A stretch of DNA of 32,000 nt from Pseudidiomarina andamanensis (lineage in GTDB: Bacteria; Pseudomonadota; Gammaproteobacteria; Enterobacterales; Alteromonadaceae). The stretch covers positions 1,650,001-1,682,000 of the forward strand of contig NZ_CP032551.1 in NCBI RefSeq assembly GCF_009734345.1, given 5' to 3'. The position numbers were made by a program, and so were the translations under genes. A model generated the notes under the pieces. It was not told where the DNA came from. It worked only from the letters and a program-made list of their open reading frames with translations, and did no database searches. The stretch's first letter is position 1, and the number at the start of each line of letters is the position of its first letter. Below are positions 16,715-26,469 of the stretch, piece after piece.

Positions 16715-18553
16715 ATGACAATTCAAGCGACTGAACTTTCCAAGCTGCGTAATATTGCAATTATTGCGCACGTTGACCATGGCAAAACAACCTTGGTTGA
16801 TAAACTTCTACAGCAATCGGGCACTCTAGAGAGCCGCGGTGGCGTAGAAGAACGCATCATGGACTCCAACGATCTTGAGAAAGAACGTGGCATCACCATT
16901 TTGGCGAAGAACACTGCGGTAAATTACAAAGACTACCGTATTAACATTCTGGACACGCCAGGACACGCCGATTTCGGTGGTGAAGTAGAGCGCGTATTGT
17001 CGATGGCCGACTCGGTATTATTGGTTGTTGACGCGGTTGACGGCCCAATGCCACAAACGCGTTTCGTAACGCAAAAAGCATTCGCGCACGGCTTGAAGCC
17101 AATTGTGGTTATCAACAAAATTGACCGCCCAGGCGCACGTCCTGATTGGGTTATGGACCAAGTATTCGATTTGTTCGATAACTTAGGTGCTACCGACGAG
17201 CAATTAGATTTCCCAGTGGTTTACGCATCAGCGTTGAACGGTTGGGCAACGTTAGATTACAACGAGCAAACCGACAACATGACAGCGTTGTTCGAGACGA
17301 TTCTAGAGAAAGTATCGCCACCTAATGCCGATCGTGACGGTGCGTTACAAATGCAAATCTCGCAGCTTGATTACTCAAGCTACGTAGGCATTATCGGTAT
17401 CGGCCGTATCAAGCGTGGTACGTTGAAATTAAACCAGCAGGTGACCATTGTTGGCGCTGATGGCACCAAGCGTAACGGCAAAGTAGGTCAAATTTTTGGC
17501 TACTTGGGTCTTGATCGTATTGAAACTGACCAAGCAAGCGCTGGCGATATCGTTGCCGTAACTGGTTTGGGCGAGTTGAAGATTTCTGACACCGTCTGTG
17601 CGGCAGGTACCGTTGAAGCGTTACCAGCACTGACCGTTGATGAGCCAACAGTAACCATGACTTTCCAGGTCAACACCTCACCGTTTGCCGGTAAAGAAGG
17701 TAAATTTGTGACTTCACGTCAAATTCTTGAGCGTTTACAGCAAGAATTGAAGCACAACGTTGCATTGCGTGTTCAAGAAACCGACAACCCAGATCGTTTC
17801 CGTGTTTCTGGTCGCGGTGAATTGCACTTAGGCGTATTGATTGAAAACATGCGTCGTGAAGGTTTCGAATTAGCGGTATCACGCCCTGAAGTTATCATGC
17901 GTGAAGTGAACGGTGTGAAAGAAGAGCCGTTTGAAAACTTAACCGTCGATATCGAAGAGCAACACCAAGGCTCAGTGATGGAAAAACTCGGCTTACGTAA
18001 AGCTGAAATGACCAACATGACCCCTGATGGTAAAGGCCGTGTTCGTATCGACTTTATTGTACCGAGCCGCGGCTTAATTGGTTTCCAAACTGAGTTCATG
18101 ACGTTATCGTCAGGTACTGGTTTGATGTACCACAGCTTTGATCATTACGGCCCGTTCAAAGGCGGTAACATTGGTCAGCGTAACAACGGTGTACTCATCT
18201 CAAATGCGCAAGGTAAAGCTTTAGCCTACGCCTTGTTTAACTTGCAAGAGCGCGGTCGTTTGATGATTGGTCACGCAGAAGAAGTATACGAAGGTATGGT
18301 GATTGGTATTCACAGCCGTTCAAACGACCTCACCGTCAACTGTTTGAAAGGTAAGCAGCTAACCAACATCCGTGCCGCAGGTACTGATGACGCGTTGTTG
18401 TTAACCCCACCAATTCGTATGTCGCTTGAGCAAGCACTTGAATTTATCGATGACGACGAGCTGGTAGAAATTACGCCAAAATCAATTCGTATTCGTAAGC
18501 GTATGCTGACCGAAAACGAGCGTAAACGTGCTAGCCGTAGCAAAGACGACTAA
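16715..18553 (+). CDS. typA: Ribosome-associated translational GTPase TypA/BipA
   Basis: Start trimmed to [29 protein letters not shown]. It has G motifs DTPGHADF and NKIDR, and EF-G-like domains plus the BipA C-terminal domain. Length is 612 aa. Confidence 0.97.
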   Translation: MTIQATELSKLRNIAIIAHVDHGKTTLVDKLLQQSGTLESRGGVEERIMDSNDLEKERGITILAKNTAVNYKDYRINILDTPGHADFGGEVERVLSMADSVLLVVDAVDGPMPQTRFVTQKAFAHGLKPIVVINKIDRPGARPDWVMDQVFDLFDNLGATDEQLDFPVVYASALNGWATLDYNEQTDNMTALFETILEKVSPPNADRDGALQMQISQLDYSSYVGIIGIGRIKRGTLKLNQQVTIVGADGTKRNGKVGQIFGYLGLDRIETDQASAGDIVAVTGLGELKISDTVCAAGTVEALPALTVDEPTVTMTFQVNTSPFAGKEGKFVTSRQILERLQQELKHNVALRVQETDNPDRFRVSGRGELHLGVLIENMRREGFELAVSRPEVIMREVNGVKEEPFENLTVDIEEQHQGSVMEKLGLRKAEMTNMTPDGKGRVRIDFIVPSRGLIGFQTEFMTLSSGTGLMYHSFDHYGPFKGGNIGQRNNGVLISNAQGKALAYALFNLQERGRLMIGHAEEVYEGMVIGIHSRSNDLTVNCLKGKQLTNIRAAGTDDALLLTPPIRMSLEQALEFIDDDELVEITPKSIRIRKRMLTENERKRASRSKDD

Positions 18554-18569
18554 GCTATCGTTTACCAAT

Positions 18570-18606
18570 AAAAAAAGGGCGCCTCGTTGGCGCCCTTTTT
18601 GTTTTT
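18570..18606. terminator. Bidirectional intrinsic terminator shared by typA (+) and the hemolysin-III gene (-)
   Basis: AAAAAAA-GGGCGCC-TCGTT-GGCGCCC-TTTTTGTTTTT: a perfect 7-bp GC stem flanked by an A-tract and a T-tract. Confidence 0.8.
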
Positions 18607-18618
18607 AATTCGCTTTTA

Positions 18619-19275
18619 CTACGTCATGTTTGGGTGCGGCAGCACAAAATAGAACACTGAGAAGAAGTGAAGTACGCTGCCGGCGAGCACGAATACGTGC
18701 CAAATGGCGTGATGAAAGCGCAGCGATTTCCACACGTAGAAAATGACGCCGAAGGTATAGGCAAGGCCGCCAGCTAACAGTAACCACAAACCGCCGGCTT
18801 CAACGGTTTCAAGCATCGGTTGAATCACCACTAGAGCCATCCAGCCTAAGCCAAGATAGAGAGAGAGCGACAACCACTTCTTTCGCTCTTTCATGGCAAC
18901 TTCCATGATCACGCCAATCAGTGCAATACTCCACACCACCGCTAACAGCGTCCATCCCCACGCACCACGCAAATTAACCAGTGCAAATGGTGTGTAAGTA
19001 CCGGCAATTAGCACATAAATAGCAGCGTGATCCATCTGTTGAAAGAAAGCTTTGATACGTGGCCACGGAAACGCATGATAGAGTGTTGACGCGAGGTAGA
19101 GTAAAATTAAGCTCGCGCCGTAAATGCCGGCGCTCACCACATGAAAGGTATCACCGTAAGATACTGCCCAAACCAACATAAACACCAACCCGACTATAGC
19201 GGCAATGGCCCCAACGCCATGCGTCAGTGCATGGGCTATTTCTTCAGCCAAACTGTAGGGTTTATGTTTACTCAC
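18619..19275 (-). CDS. Hemolysin III / PAQR-family membrane protein (YqfA/TrhA-like)
   Basis: 218 aa with 7 predicted TM segments and family motifs (EEIAHALTHGVG, HAFP, DHAAIYVLIAGTYTPF, HHAIWHVFVLAGSVLHF). It starts at a GTG with an AAAGG SD. Confidence 0.9.
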   Translation of the reverse strand: MSKHKPYSLAEEIAHALTHGVGAIAAIVGLVFMLVWAVSYGDTFHVVSAGIYGASLILLYLASTLYHAFPWPRIKAFFQQMDHAAIYVLIAGTYTPFALVNLRGAWGWTLLAVVWSIALIGVIMEVAMKERKKWLSLSLYLGLGWMALVVIQPMLETVEAGGLWLLLAGGLAYTFGVIFYVWKSLRFHHAIWHVFVLAGSVLHFFSVFYFVLPHPNMT

Positions 19276-19296
19276 GACGTTTACCTTTTGGTTAAA

Positions 19297-19578
19297 TTAT
19301 TCGCCACGTTCAGGGGTATAGTGGCCTTTGCTGATATTTTCAATGGCCTTCATAAAGTTTTCGAACTGCCGTTCATTTTCGTAATCCAAATGATACTTAT
19401 TATGGAATTCGAGGCGCATGTTGACACCTTGGCCTTCCAAGAACACGGTATAGCCATCAAAATCGGTATAAGCCGTTATACCTTCGAGCGTTCTTCGCCC
19501 TTCGTCATCTGGTTTGCCATATTCAATAATGGTTTCAAACGCGTCGAGTACGAGGCGTTGGTCAATATCATTTTTCAT
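19297..19578 (-). CDS. Small acidic hypothetical protein (93 aa), possibly DUF3081-like
   Basis: Strong GGAGG SD 6 nt before the ATG, 21 nt upstream of the hemolysin-III gene on the same strand, with a globular-looking composition. The family assignment is from uncertain memory only. Confidence 0.65.
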   Translation of the reverse strand: MKNDIDQRLVLDAFETIIEYGKPDDEGRRTLEGITAYTDFDGYTVFLEGQGVNMRLEFHNKYHLDYENERQFENFMKAIENISKGHYTPERGE

Positions 19579-19658
19579 GGTCGACCTCCAACAAAATTAA
19601 GTGTCATGAACAGCATAGCATCGTTTTATGACCAGTTTATTGATCTTTTTACATACAT

Positions 19659-19668
19659 ACATGCATGT
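19659..19668. promoter_or_regulatory. Perfect 10-bp palindrome ACATGCATGT, candidate TetR operator in a divergent promoter region
   Basis: Lies in the 140-bp gap between the 93-aa ORF (-) and the TetR gene (+), 16 nt upstream of a TATAAT hexamer (19684-19689). Confidence 0.3.
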
Positions 19669-19718
19669 TTGATTAAATTCGCTTATAATGTCACCACTAC
19701 TACGCAAAGAGGTGAGAT

Positions 19719-20342
19719 GTGGTTCGTCGTACCAAAGAAGATGCATTAACAACTCGGGCTGAATTACTTGATGCCGCTGAACGTTTGTTTAGCGAAAAAG
19801 GGGTTTCAAATACGTCGATGAACCAAGTGGCCGAGGCTGCTGGGGTGACTCGAGGCGCGATTTATCATCATTTTCAGAACAAGCTCGATTTGATTGATGC
19901 TTTGATGGAACGCGTGCGTCTTCCGGTTGACGAAATGCGAGATGAATTGGCACAAACCTATCAAGGTGACCCGGTATCACTGTTACGTGCGCGTTGCTTC
20001 CACATTATCGGTCAAGTGCAAGATGATCCGCACACGCAAGCCCTAGTGAATATTCTGCTACATAAATGCGAATATGTAGATGATGCCTTGCCTATTCACT
20101 TGCGTCATTTAGGTGGTCGTAATGCTTGTATCACTGAATGCGTGGTGCTGGCTGATAAAGCCAAAGAACAGGGCCTGATTGACGAGAAATATGACTCGAA
20201 AGCTGCAGTAATGGGTTTATTTAGCCTGGTAGATGGGTTGATGTATAACTGGCTGCTGGATAAAAGTTACTTTGATTTATCGCAAACAGCCAGTCAGGCC
20301 ATTGATACTTATCTTGCCGGCTTAAAACCGCGCGGCACATAA
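19719..20342 (+). CDS. TetR/AcrR-family transcriptional regulator
   Basis: GTG start with an AGAGGTGAG SD. The N-terminal HTH (TRAELLDAAERLFSEKGVSNTSMNQVAEAAGVTRGAIYHHFQNK) parallels E. coli AcrR. Confidence 0.9.
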   Translation: MVRRTKEDALTTRAELLDAAERLFSEKGVSNTSMNQVAEAAGVTRGAIYHHFQNKLDLIDALMERVRLPVDEMRDELAQTYQGDPVSLLRARCFHIIGQVQDDPHTQALVNILLHKCEYVDDALPIHLRHLGGRNACITECVVLADKAKEQGLIDEKYDSKAAVMGLFSLVDGLMYNWLLDKSYFDLSQTASQAIDTYLAGLKPRGT

Positions 20343-20352
20343 GCTTCAGCTG

Positions 20353-20865
20353 TTAATCGCCCTGCTTTAAAAATCCTTTGATTTGTTCAGCATCGAAGTT
20401 TGCGATAGTTTCATCGCTTGCTTGCGGGCAACTTAAAAACATCGGCGCTACATAACTTTTTATGGCGGCCATGATCACCATCAAATGCGTCATGGAACGC
20501 AAGGCGCCAATACGTCCCGGCGATGCACCCGCCAATAATACGTTCTTACCCGCCCAAGGGTTTTGCTCAAGCCGCGTTGTCCAATCAATCGCATTCTTCA
20601 GAAGCGGCGGCACCGAACTGTTGTACTCGGGCGTGACAATGACAATTTTAGTGGCATCAGAAATTGCAGTGGCTAATTTTTGAATGTTGGATGGCACACC
20701 GTTCTCATCTTCGTAATCACCGTTATAAATTGGTGCATCAAGCTCTGCTGCTGGATAAACATAGCAAGCGCGCCCATCTTGCTCTGCAACTTCAGCAATA
20801 CGCTTCTGCAACTTACCATTGAGTGATTCCTTACGACTGCTCCCAGCTAGAATCAATAAACTCAT
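20353..20865 (-). CDS. NAD(P)H-dependent FMN reductase (flavodoxin-like fold)
   Basis: ILAGSSRKESLN and TPEYNSSVPPLLKNAIDW are hallmark FMN_red motifs. Its ATG shares one nt with the upstream stop (TAATG). Confidence 0.85.
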   Translation of the reverse strand: MSLLILAGSSRKESLNGKLQKRIAEVAEQDGRACYVYPAAELDAPIYNGDYEDENGVPSNIQKLATAISDATKIVIVTPEYNSSVPPLLKNAIDWTTRLEQNPWAGKNVLLAGASPGRIGALRSMTHLMVIMAAIKSYVAPMFLSCPQASDETIANFDAEQIKGFLKQGD

Positions 20866-21518
20866 TACGATCCCTCCTGCATGGCTTCAATAAAGGCATT
20901 CGATTCTTGAATGGCGGTTTCCATTTCACGAATAAGAACGTCGACATCAGTACGCAAGCTACGGTATTCACCGCGTATGGCATCAACGGCCTTGGCGTTT
21001 AAGTTATGCTTTAAATACAGCACGTTATCTTGCAGTTTTTCAAGTACTGGCTCCATGGTGTCGGCTGCTCGTTCCATGCTTTGTAACAAGCTCGTATAGC
21101 GACGCTCAGTTTCCCGAAGTGATCGCTCACTTTCGCGGCGCATTGAATCGTTACTGTACATACCAAGTTCTTCTTGCCATTCATCAAAGAGCGCTTGAGC
21201 AACATCATCGATGGCTTCAATACGCTCATAAACGCGCTCGGCAGCAGCTTTACTACTCTCATAATCGTCGTTTAGTGCATTATAACGGGCTTCTAATTCA
21301 CCACCGTCAAACTGCAATAACTCATCAAGGCGCTGCAACGCAGATTTAAATTCTTCCTGCGCATCCGATTGCGCATCGCGCGCTTCATCAACGCGATCGA
21401 CCAGAATGTCACGTTTGTGAATGCCGACTTTTTCCATAGCGCCGTAGTATGCGCTTTGGCAACCTGCCAAAACCATAAGGGCGAACACAATTCCTATCCA
21501 ATTCATCAAGTAACGCAT
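20865..21518 (-). CDS. DUF2959-family lipoprotein
   Basis: Start set at the ATG at 21518 (AAGGAG SD 5 nt upstream). It has a lipobox (LAGC), and YGAMEKVGIHKRDILVDRV plus a coiled-coil-rich body match my recollection of DUF2959. Confidence 0.75.
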   Translation of the reverse strand: MRYLMNWIGIVFALMVLAGCQSAYYGAMEKVGIHKRDILVDRVDEARDAQSDAQEEFKSALQRLDELLQFDGGELEARYNALNDDYESSKAAAERVYERIEAIDDVAQALFDEWQEELGMYSNDSMRRESERSLRETERRYTSLLQSMERAADTMEPVLEKLQDNVLYLKHNLNAKAVDAIRGEYRSLRTDVDVLIREMETAIQESNAFIEAMQEGS

Positions 21519-21556
21519 AACCACTCCTTAGTTGGTTGTTGTGCGGTCAGTATAGC

Positions 21557-22249
21557 TTAATACGGTAATGGCGAACCATCCCAATGCCAAAAACCGCCTG
21601 AATCTTCAGCAGTTAACTGATTGATAACGGTAGCGATACGTTCCGCCGATTGCGCTGGTGTGTAGAGCTTGTCGGCTGGCAAACGTTGCTGAAACGGTTG
21701 CGAGAGCTCGGTATCAGTGGTGCCCGGATGTATTGCCGCTAGGCATAACTGTTTATGCGTGCGCTTGAGTTCAACCGAAGCCGTTTTAAGTAACATGTTA
21801 AGTGCCGATTTACTCGCGCGATAGCTATACCAACCACCCAAATAGTTATCAGTAATACTGCCGACTTTGGCACTCAACTGCGCCCATACACATGGGTTCT
21901 TTTTTGGTAACAGAGGTAATAACTGTTGCAATAGAAGTATTGGGAGCACGGCATTCACATAATACGTCTGCTGAAGTTGATGCCAATTCACATCGGCTAG
22001 GCGCTTTTCCGGCATAAAGTCATCGTTATGCAAAATACCTAACGTGCTTATCACAATGTCGGGCTGCTTTATTTGTGAAACGATACGCTGAAGGCTTGCT
22101 TCCGTGTAATCAGTTACTTGCAACCAGTGCCCCGGTAATTTCGACACCTGCTGACGGCTTAACGCTTGTACACTCGCACCCTGCTCATGGTAATACTGCA
22201 CCAACGCTTGGCCGATACCACCACCGGCACCAATGATTAATACCTGCAT
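21557..22249 (-). CDS. Short-chain dehydrogenase/reductase (C-factor-like SDR)
   Basis: Start set at the ATG at 22249 (GAGGAG SD 8 nt upstream). It has a Rossmann motif (IIGAGGGIG) and the catalytic YRASK. Confidence 0.85.
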   Translation of the reverse strand: MQVLIIGAGGGIGQALVQYYHEQGASVQALSRQQVSKLPGHWLQVTDYTEASLQRIVSQIKQPDIVISTLGILHNDDFMPEKRLADVNWHQLQQTYYVNAVLPILLLQQLLPLLPKKNPCVWAQLSAKVGSITDNYLGGWYSYRASKSALNMLLKTASVELKRTHKQLCLAAIHPGTTDTELSQPFQQRLPADKLYTPAQSAERIATVINQLTAEDSGGFWHWDGSPLPY

Positions 22250-22352
22250 AAAATCCACTCCTCACGAAATCATCAATTTGTCGCTGTCATTGGCGATTCG
22301 CCACGAACAAGGTATGTTATTTACGTGAGCAGCACGGTTTGGGATTATAGTC

Positions 22353-23315
22353 ATGCCAAAAGTTGCTGTAGAAGCGAATGCAAACGAGATTGCAGAAGAG
22401 AATGCAGAAGAGAATGGAATGAGCAAAACGACACCGGAACAAACAGGTTTAGAACAATGGCAGGAACGTGGTCGCAAGGCCTGGCGATTCTTGAAATACT
22501 TTGGCAAGCGCTGTCTGGATGACCGCGTGACCATTGTTGCTGGCCATTTAACCTTTGTGAGCATGCTCGCGTTAGTACCATTGCTTGTGGTGATGTTCTC
22601 GGTGTTCTCGGCTTTCCCGATGTTCGAGCAATTAAAAGAAGAGCTCGAAAAATTATTGTTTGCGAATTTATTGCCGACGTCTGGCGAAGTGATCAGCGAG
22701 TATTTGAATCAGTTTGTGAGCAATGTTTCGAAAATGACCACGGTTGGGGTGATCTTCGTTATCGTGGTTGCGGTGAACTTAATTAGTACCATTGATGGCA
22801 CCATGAACCGTATTTGGCGCAATCACAAACGCCGCCGCATGGTAGTAGCTCTAGCAGTGTACTGGATGATCCTAACGCTCGGCCCTATTTTGATGGGTTC
22901 TGGTATGGCAGTAACCTCCTATTTGATATCGCTCACAGCTGCTGCTGAAGTGTATGTGTCGGGCGTGCGCACCACATTGTTGAGTATTGTGCCGGTTGTG
23001 ACCTCTTTAGTGGCCTTTATGCTGTTGTACATCATGATGCCAAACCGTATAGTGCGCGCCCGACACGCATTTTGGGGCGCGTTACTGGCGGCTATTTTAT
23101 TTGAGCTCAGTAAAAGTGGCTTTGCGGCATACATTACTGCGTTTCCGAGTTACCAAGCTATTTACGGCGCGTTGGCGGCAATTCCGATACTGCTGCTGTG
23201 GATATTTGTGTCGTGGAATATTGTGTTGGTGGGCGCTGAGCTTACGGCGAGCATTGAAGAGTTTTTTCAACCACCAAAAACTGAATCAGACGTCACCACT
23301 GAAGGAACGGAATGA
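22353..23315 (+). CDS. yihY: YihY/BrkB-family inner-membrane protein
   Basis: Colinear with E. coli YihY ([57 protein letters not shown]). An alternative start at the ATG at 22419 would give an E. coli-like length, and the acidic 22-aa extension may not be translated. Confidence 0.9.
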   Translation: MPKVAVEANANEIAEENAEENGMSKTTPEQTGLEQWQERGRKAWRFLKYFGKRCLDDRVTIVAGHLTFVSMLALVPLLVVMFSVFSAFPMFEQLKEELEKLLFANLLPTSGEVISEYLNQFVSNVSKMTTVGVIFVIVVAVNLISTIDGTMNRIWRNHKRRRMVVALAVYWMILTLGPILMGSGMAVTSYLISLTAAAEVYVSGVRTTLLSIVPVVTSLVAFMLLYIMMPNRIVRARHAFWGALLAAILFELSKSGFAAYITAFPSYQAIYGALAAIPILLLWIFVSWNIVLVGAELTASIEEFFQPPKTESDVTTEGTE

Positions 23316-23761
23316 AAGCATTAATTCAGCGCGTGAGCGAGGCTTCGGTCACGGTTGCGGGCGAACGTATTGGCGCCATCGAACAAGGTTTATTAGTGTT
23401 GCTGGGTATCGATAAAACCGACACGCTTGATGATGTTAGCAAGCTTGCAGCCAAAGTGGCTGGTTATCGTATATTTTCAGATGCAGACGATAAAATGAAT
23501 TTAAGTGTGCAGGATATTCAAGGCGGCGTGCTGGTGGTTTCGCAATTTACCTTAGCCGCAGATACCCAATCGGGTCGACGCCCAAGTTTCTCGTCAGCAG
23601 CACCACCGAGCGAGGCTGAACCACTGTATTTGGCGTTTGTGAATGCCCTCAATCAGCTCGGCATTCAAACGGCGACAGGTGAATTTGGCGCCGATATGAA
23701 AGTGGCACTGGTCAATGATGGACCAATCACCTTCATGCTGCACTCTAACAACAAGGGTTAA
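23312..23761 (+). CDS. dtd: D-aminoacyl-tRNA deacylase
   Basis: [23 protein letters not shown] and NDGPITF are near-identical in layout to E. coli Dtd. It overlaps yihY by 4 nt. Confidence 0.95.
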   Translation: MKALIQRVSEASVTVAGERIGAIEQGLLVLLGIDKTDTLDDVSKLAAKVAGYRIFSDADDKMNLSVQDIQGGVLVVSQFTLAADTQSGRRPSFSSAAPPSEAEPLYLAFVNALNQLGIQTATGEFGADMKVALVNDGPITFMLHSNNKG

Positions 23762-23763
23762 TT

Positions 23764-24669
23764 ATGTACCGTGTTATCGCTCCGGAAACACCGGAACAAT
23801 TCGCCACTTATTACGATTTGCGTTGGCGCGTGTTGCGCGAACCGTTTCAACGGCCACGTGGTTCAGAGCAAGATGAGTATGATCAAGTCGGTTATCACCG
23901 CATGGTGGTGAACAGCGCGGGTCAAGCAGTGGCGGTTGGTCGTTTGCATTTTAATAGCCCGGACGAAGGGCAAATTCGCTTTATGGCATCAGCCCCAGAG
24001 CATCGCGGCGAAGGTCATGGTGTTGCGATTGTTTATGAGCTTGAGAAAGTTGCACGAGCTGAGGGCGCTAAACATATCGTCATTAACTCGCGCGACAACA
24101 CGCTAGGCTTCTACATTAAATGCGGCTACGAAGTAGTAGAAGAAGGCGATACCGTAAAAAATCCGCAAGCGGAACATCAACTCCGTAAAACGCTAACTGA
24201 ATTCAACCGCATTATTTACCGCCCTGATTGGTGCCAAAAACTCGAGACAACTTGGCATAGCGAAATTCCGATTTCGGAAACCATGGGCATTCGTATTACC
24301 CAATATACCGGGCGTGAGTTTGAGACCACGGCCACTTTGTCACGTAATATTAATGTGCACGGCACCATGTTTGCCGGCAGTATTTATTCGTTGGCAACCT
24401 TGACGTGCTGGGGGTTGTTGCATTTACAATTGCGCGAACGACAGCTGCACGGCGCAGTAGTGTTAGCGGATGGCCAAATACACTACCACAAACCAGTGAG
24501 CCGAGAGCCACGTGCCATTGCACGCTTATCAGCGATGACTGGTGATTTATCAGCGTTGACGCTTGGTAAAAATGCACGGGCTACATTAAAGTCACAGGTA
24601 TTTGATGGCGATAAACCCGTCGCTGAATTTACGGGTCAGTTTGTCGTGCTAGCTAATAACGAAAAATAA
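23764..24669 (+). CDS. yiiD: Bifunctional GNAT acetyltransferase / hotdog thioesterase-like protein (YiiD/FabY family)
   Basis: N-terminal GNAT (RGEGHGVAIVYELEKVAR) plus a C-terminal YiiD_C-like hotdog domain. It sits in the conserved yihY-dtd-yiiD order, as in E. coli. Confidence 0.85.
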   Translation: MYRVIAPETPEQFATYYDLRWRVLREPFQRPRGSEQDEYDQVGYHRMVVNSAGQAVAVGRLHFNSPDEGQIRFMASAPEHRGEGHGVAIVYELEKVARAEGAKHIVINSRDNTLGFYIKCGYEVVEEGDTVKNPQAEHQLRKTLTEFNRIIYRPDWCQKLETTWHSEIPISETMGIRITQYTGREFETTATLSRNINVHGTMFAGSIYSLATLTCWGLLHLQLRERQLHGAVVLADGQIHYHKPVSREPRAIARLSAMTGDLSALTLGKNARATLKSQVFDGDKPVAEFTGQFVVLANNEK

Positions 24670-24682
24670 GAAGGACGTTAAC

Positions 24683-24931
24683 ATGAGTGATAATTTATCC
24701 GCCCAGCAGTTGTTACGTATTCGGAGTAAGCTTGAAGCCGTGGTAAACGAGCAACCAGGAACGCGTCAAGCGCTTAGTGCTGATGCTGCCCTGCAACGCA
24801 TGCGCAGTGGCGAGTATGGCTATTGTGTTGAGTGTGGCGAGGAAATTTCGGCGGCACGTTTAGCAGCAAAGCCTGACGTCGCTTTGTGTGTCGACTGCCA
24901 GGCTCTCAAAGATGAAGAAGAGGACGCTTAA
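24683..24931 (+). CDS. DksA/TraR-family C4 zinc-finger protein (82 aa)
   Basis: [25 protein letters not shown] is a CxxC-N17-CxxC finger. It has a GAAGGA SD and starts 13 nt after the yiiD stop. Confidence 0.8.
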   Translation: MSDNLSAQQLLRIRSKLEAVVNEQPGTRQALSADAALQRMRSGEYGYCVECGEEISAARLAAKPDVALCVDCQALKDEEEDA

Positions 24932-24939
24932 GCGTCCTC
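24920..24939. repeat. Perfect 20-bp palindrome GAGGACGCTTAAGCGTCCTC spanning two convergent stop codons
   Basis: Self-complementary over all 20 nt. The central CTTAAG holds TAA on both strands. Confidence 0.9.
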
Positions 24940-26469
24940 GAGTACTGCCCCTTCCTGCACTAAGTTGTGCAATTTACCTTGTTCAATTAACGCCGCAATT
25001 GCGGCGATATCTGGCGCAAAATAACGGTCTTGATCATAAAAGCTCACTTGTGCACGTACCCGTGCGTGGGCTTCCTCTACTGCCGCTGCGGCTTTGAGTG
25101 GACGACGGAAGTCTAAACCTTGCGCTGCTTCCAATAGTTCAATGGCGACAATGTCACGAATGTTGCGCGCAATGTCGGTTAAACGACGCGCCGCAAACGT
25201 TGCCATTGATACATGGTCTTCCTGGTTTGCCGAGGTTGGCAAGCTATCAACGGATGCTGGGTGAGCCAGTGTTTTATTTTCCGACGCCAATGCAGCAGCG
25301 GTGACCTGCGCCAGCATAAACCCAGAGTTGACGCCACCGTCGTTCACCAAAAATGGCGGTAAGTTACTCAGATGGTGGTCAATCAATAACGCGCTACGAC
25401 GCTCTGACAGCGCACCAATTTCGCTCGCGGCAATCGCGAGAATATCGGCAGCCATAGCAACTGGTTCAGCATGGAAGTTACCACCTGAAATAATGTCGCC
25501 GTTGTCACTAAACACCAGTGGATTATCAGTGACACCATTGGCTTCACGTACCAAAATTTGGCTAGCATGTTGCAACTGATCGAACACCGCGCCCATCACT
25601 TGTGGCTGACAACGCAATGAATAAGGGTCTTGTACTTTTTCGCAATCCACGTGAGCCGTAGCAATTTCAGAGCTATCGCCCAATAATTGACGGAAGCTTT
25701 GCGCAACAGCAATTTGCCCCGGCTGACCACGCACGGCATGAATACGCGCATCAAACGGTGAGCGTGAACCCATCGCTGCTTCAACAGCCATAGCGCCAGT
25801 AACAAGTGCGGCGTTGAACACACGTTCAATTTGGAACAAGCCATGCAATGCTAGGGCAGTTGAGGCTTGGGTGCCGTTCAACAATGCCAAGCCCTCTTTC
25901 GGGGCTAATGCGCTAAGTGGCTTCAGGCCGGCCTTCGCCATTCCTTCAACCGCTGGATAAATTTTGCCTTCTACACGAACTTGGCCTTCACCAAGTAACG
26001 GCAGTACAAGATGCGCTAATGGCGCTAAATCGCCCGACGCCCCAACCGAGCCTTTGCTTGGCACACACGGGTAAACTTGGTTGTTGAGTAAATCAATCAA
26101 CGCGTCAATCACTTCATGGCGAACCCCAGAAAAACCACGGCTGAGTGAGTTGATTTTTAGCAACAGCATTAGGCGCACCACGGTGTCATCCATAAGCTCT
26201 TGCGTACCTGCGGCGTGCGATAGCACGATGCGGCGTTGTAGATCTTCTAGTTTTTCCGGTGGAATACGAGTATTTGCTAATAGTCCGAATCCGGTATTAA
26301 TGCCATACACAACTTTGCCTTTGGCAAGCACATCAGCAACGGTTTGGTGCGAGCGTGCAATCACCGCATTGGCATAAGCATGTAGCGCTAATTTTTGTGG
26401 TTCTTGCCACCACTGACGTAGCTGCGACAGGCTCAAGGTGCCAGGTTGCAATTCAAATACTTCATTCAT
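24928..26469 (-). CDS. hutH: Histidine ammonia-lyase
   Basis: 513 aa with the MIO-forming [14 protein letters not shown] motif. Its start abuts the hutU stop. Confidence 0.97.
   Translation of the reverse strand: MNEVFELQPGTLSLSQLRQWWQEPQKLALHAYANAVIARSHQTVADVLAKGKVVYGINTGFGLLANTRIPPEKLEDLQRRIVLSHAAGTQELMDDTVVRLMLLLKINSLSRGFSGVRHEVIDALIDLLNNQVYPCVPSKGSVGASGDLAPLAHLVLPLLGEGQVRVEGKIYPAVEGMAKAGLKPLSALAPKEGLALLNGTQASTALALHGLFQIERVFNAALVTGAMAVEAAMGSRSPFDARIHAVRGQPGQIAVAQSFRQLLGDSSEIATAHVDCEKVQDPYSLRCQPQVMGAVFDQLQHASQILVREANGVTDNPLVFSDNGDIISGGNFHAEPVAMAADILAIAASEIGALSERRSALLIDHHLSNLPPFLVNDGGVNSGFMLAQVTAAALASENKTLAHPASVDSLPTSANQEDHVSMATFAARRLTDIARNIRDIVAIELLEAAQGLDFRRPLKAAAAVEEAHARVRAQVSFYDQDRYFAPDIAAIAALIEQGKLHNLVQEGAVLEDA

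Noticed and set aside
16407-16760. 117-aa minus-strand ORF bridging the CNNM gene 3' end and the typA 5' end
   Set aside because: It is antisense to two confidently assigned genes and crosses their intergenic promoter region. There is no supporting signal.
19141-19749. 202-aa plus-strand ORF spanning the hemolysin-III 5' end, the 93-aa gene and the TetR promoter region
   Set aside because: It is entirely antisense to two well-supported genes and an intergenic region. It has no SD, no recognisable motif and an odd composition. It is most likely a shadow ORF.
22262-22581. Two overlapping minus-strand ORFs (100 aa and 76 aa) in the SDR/yihY spacer and yihY 5' end
   Set aside because: They are Cys/Ser-rich and low in complexity, antisense to yihY, and have no SD. 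They look like frame shadows of the acidic repeat region.
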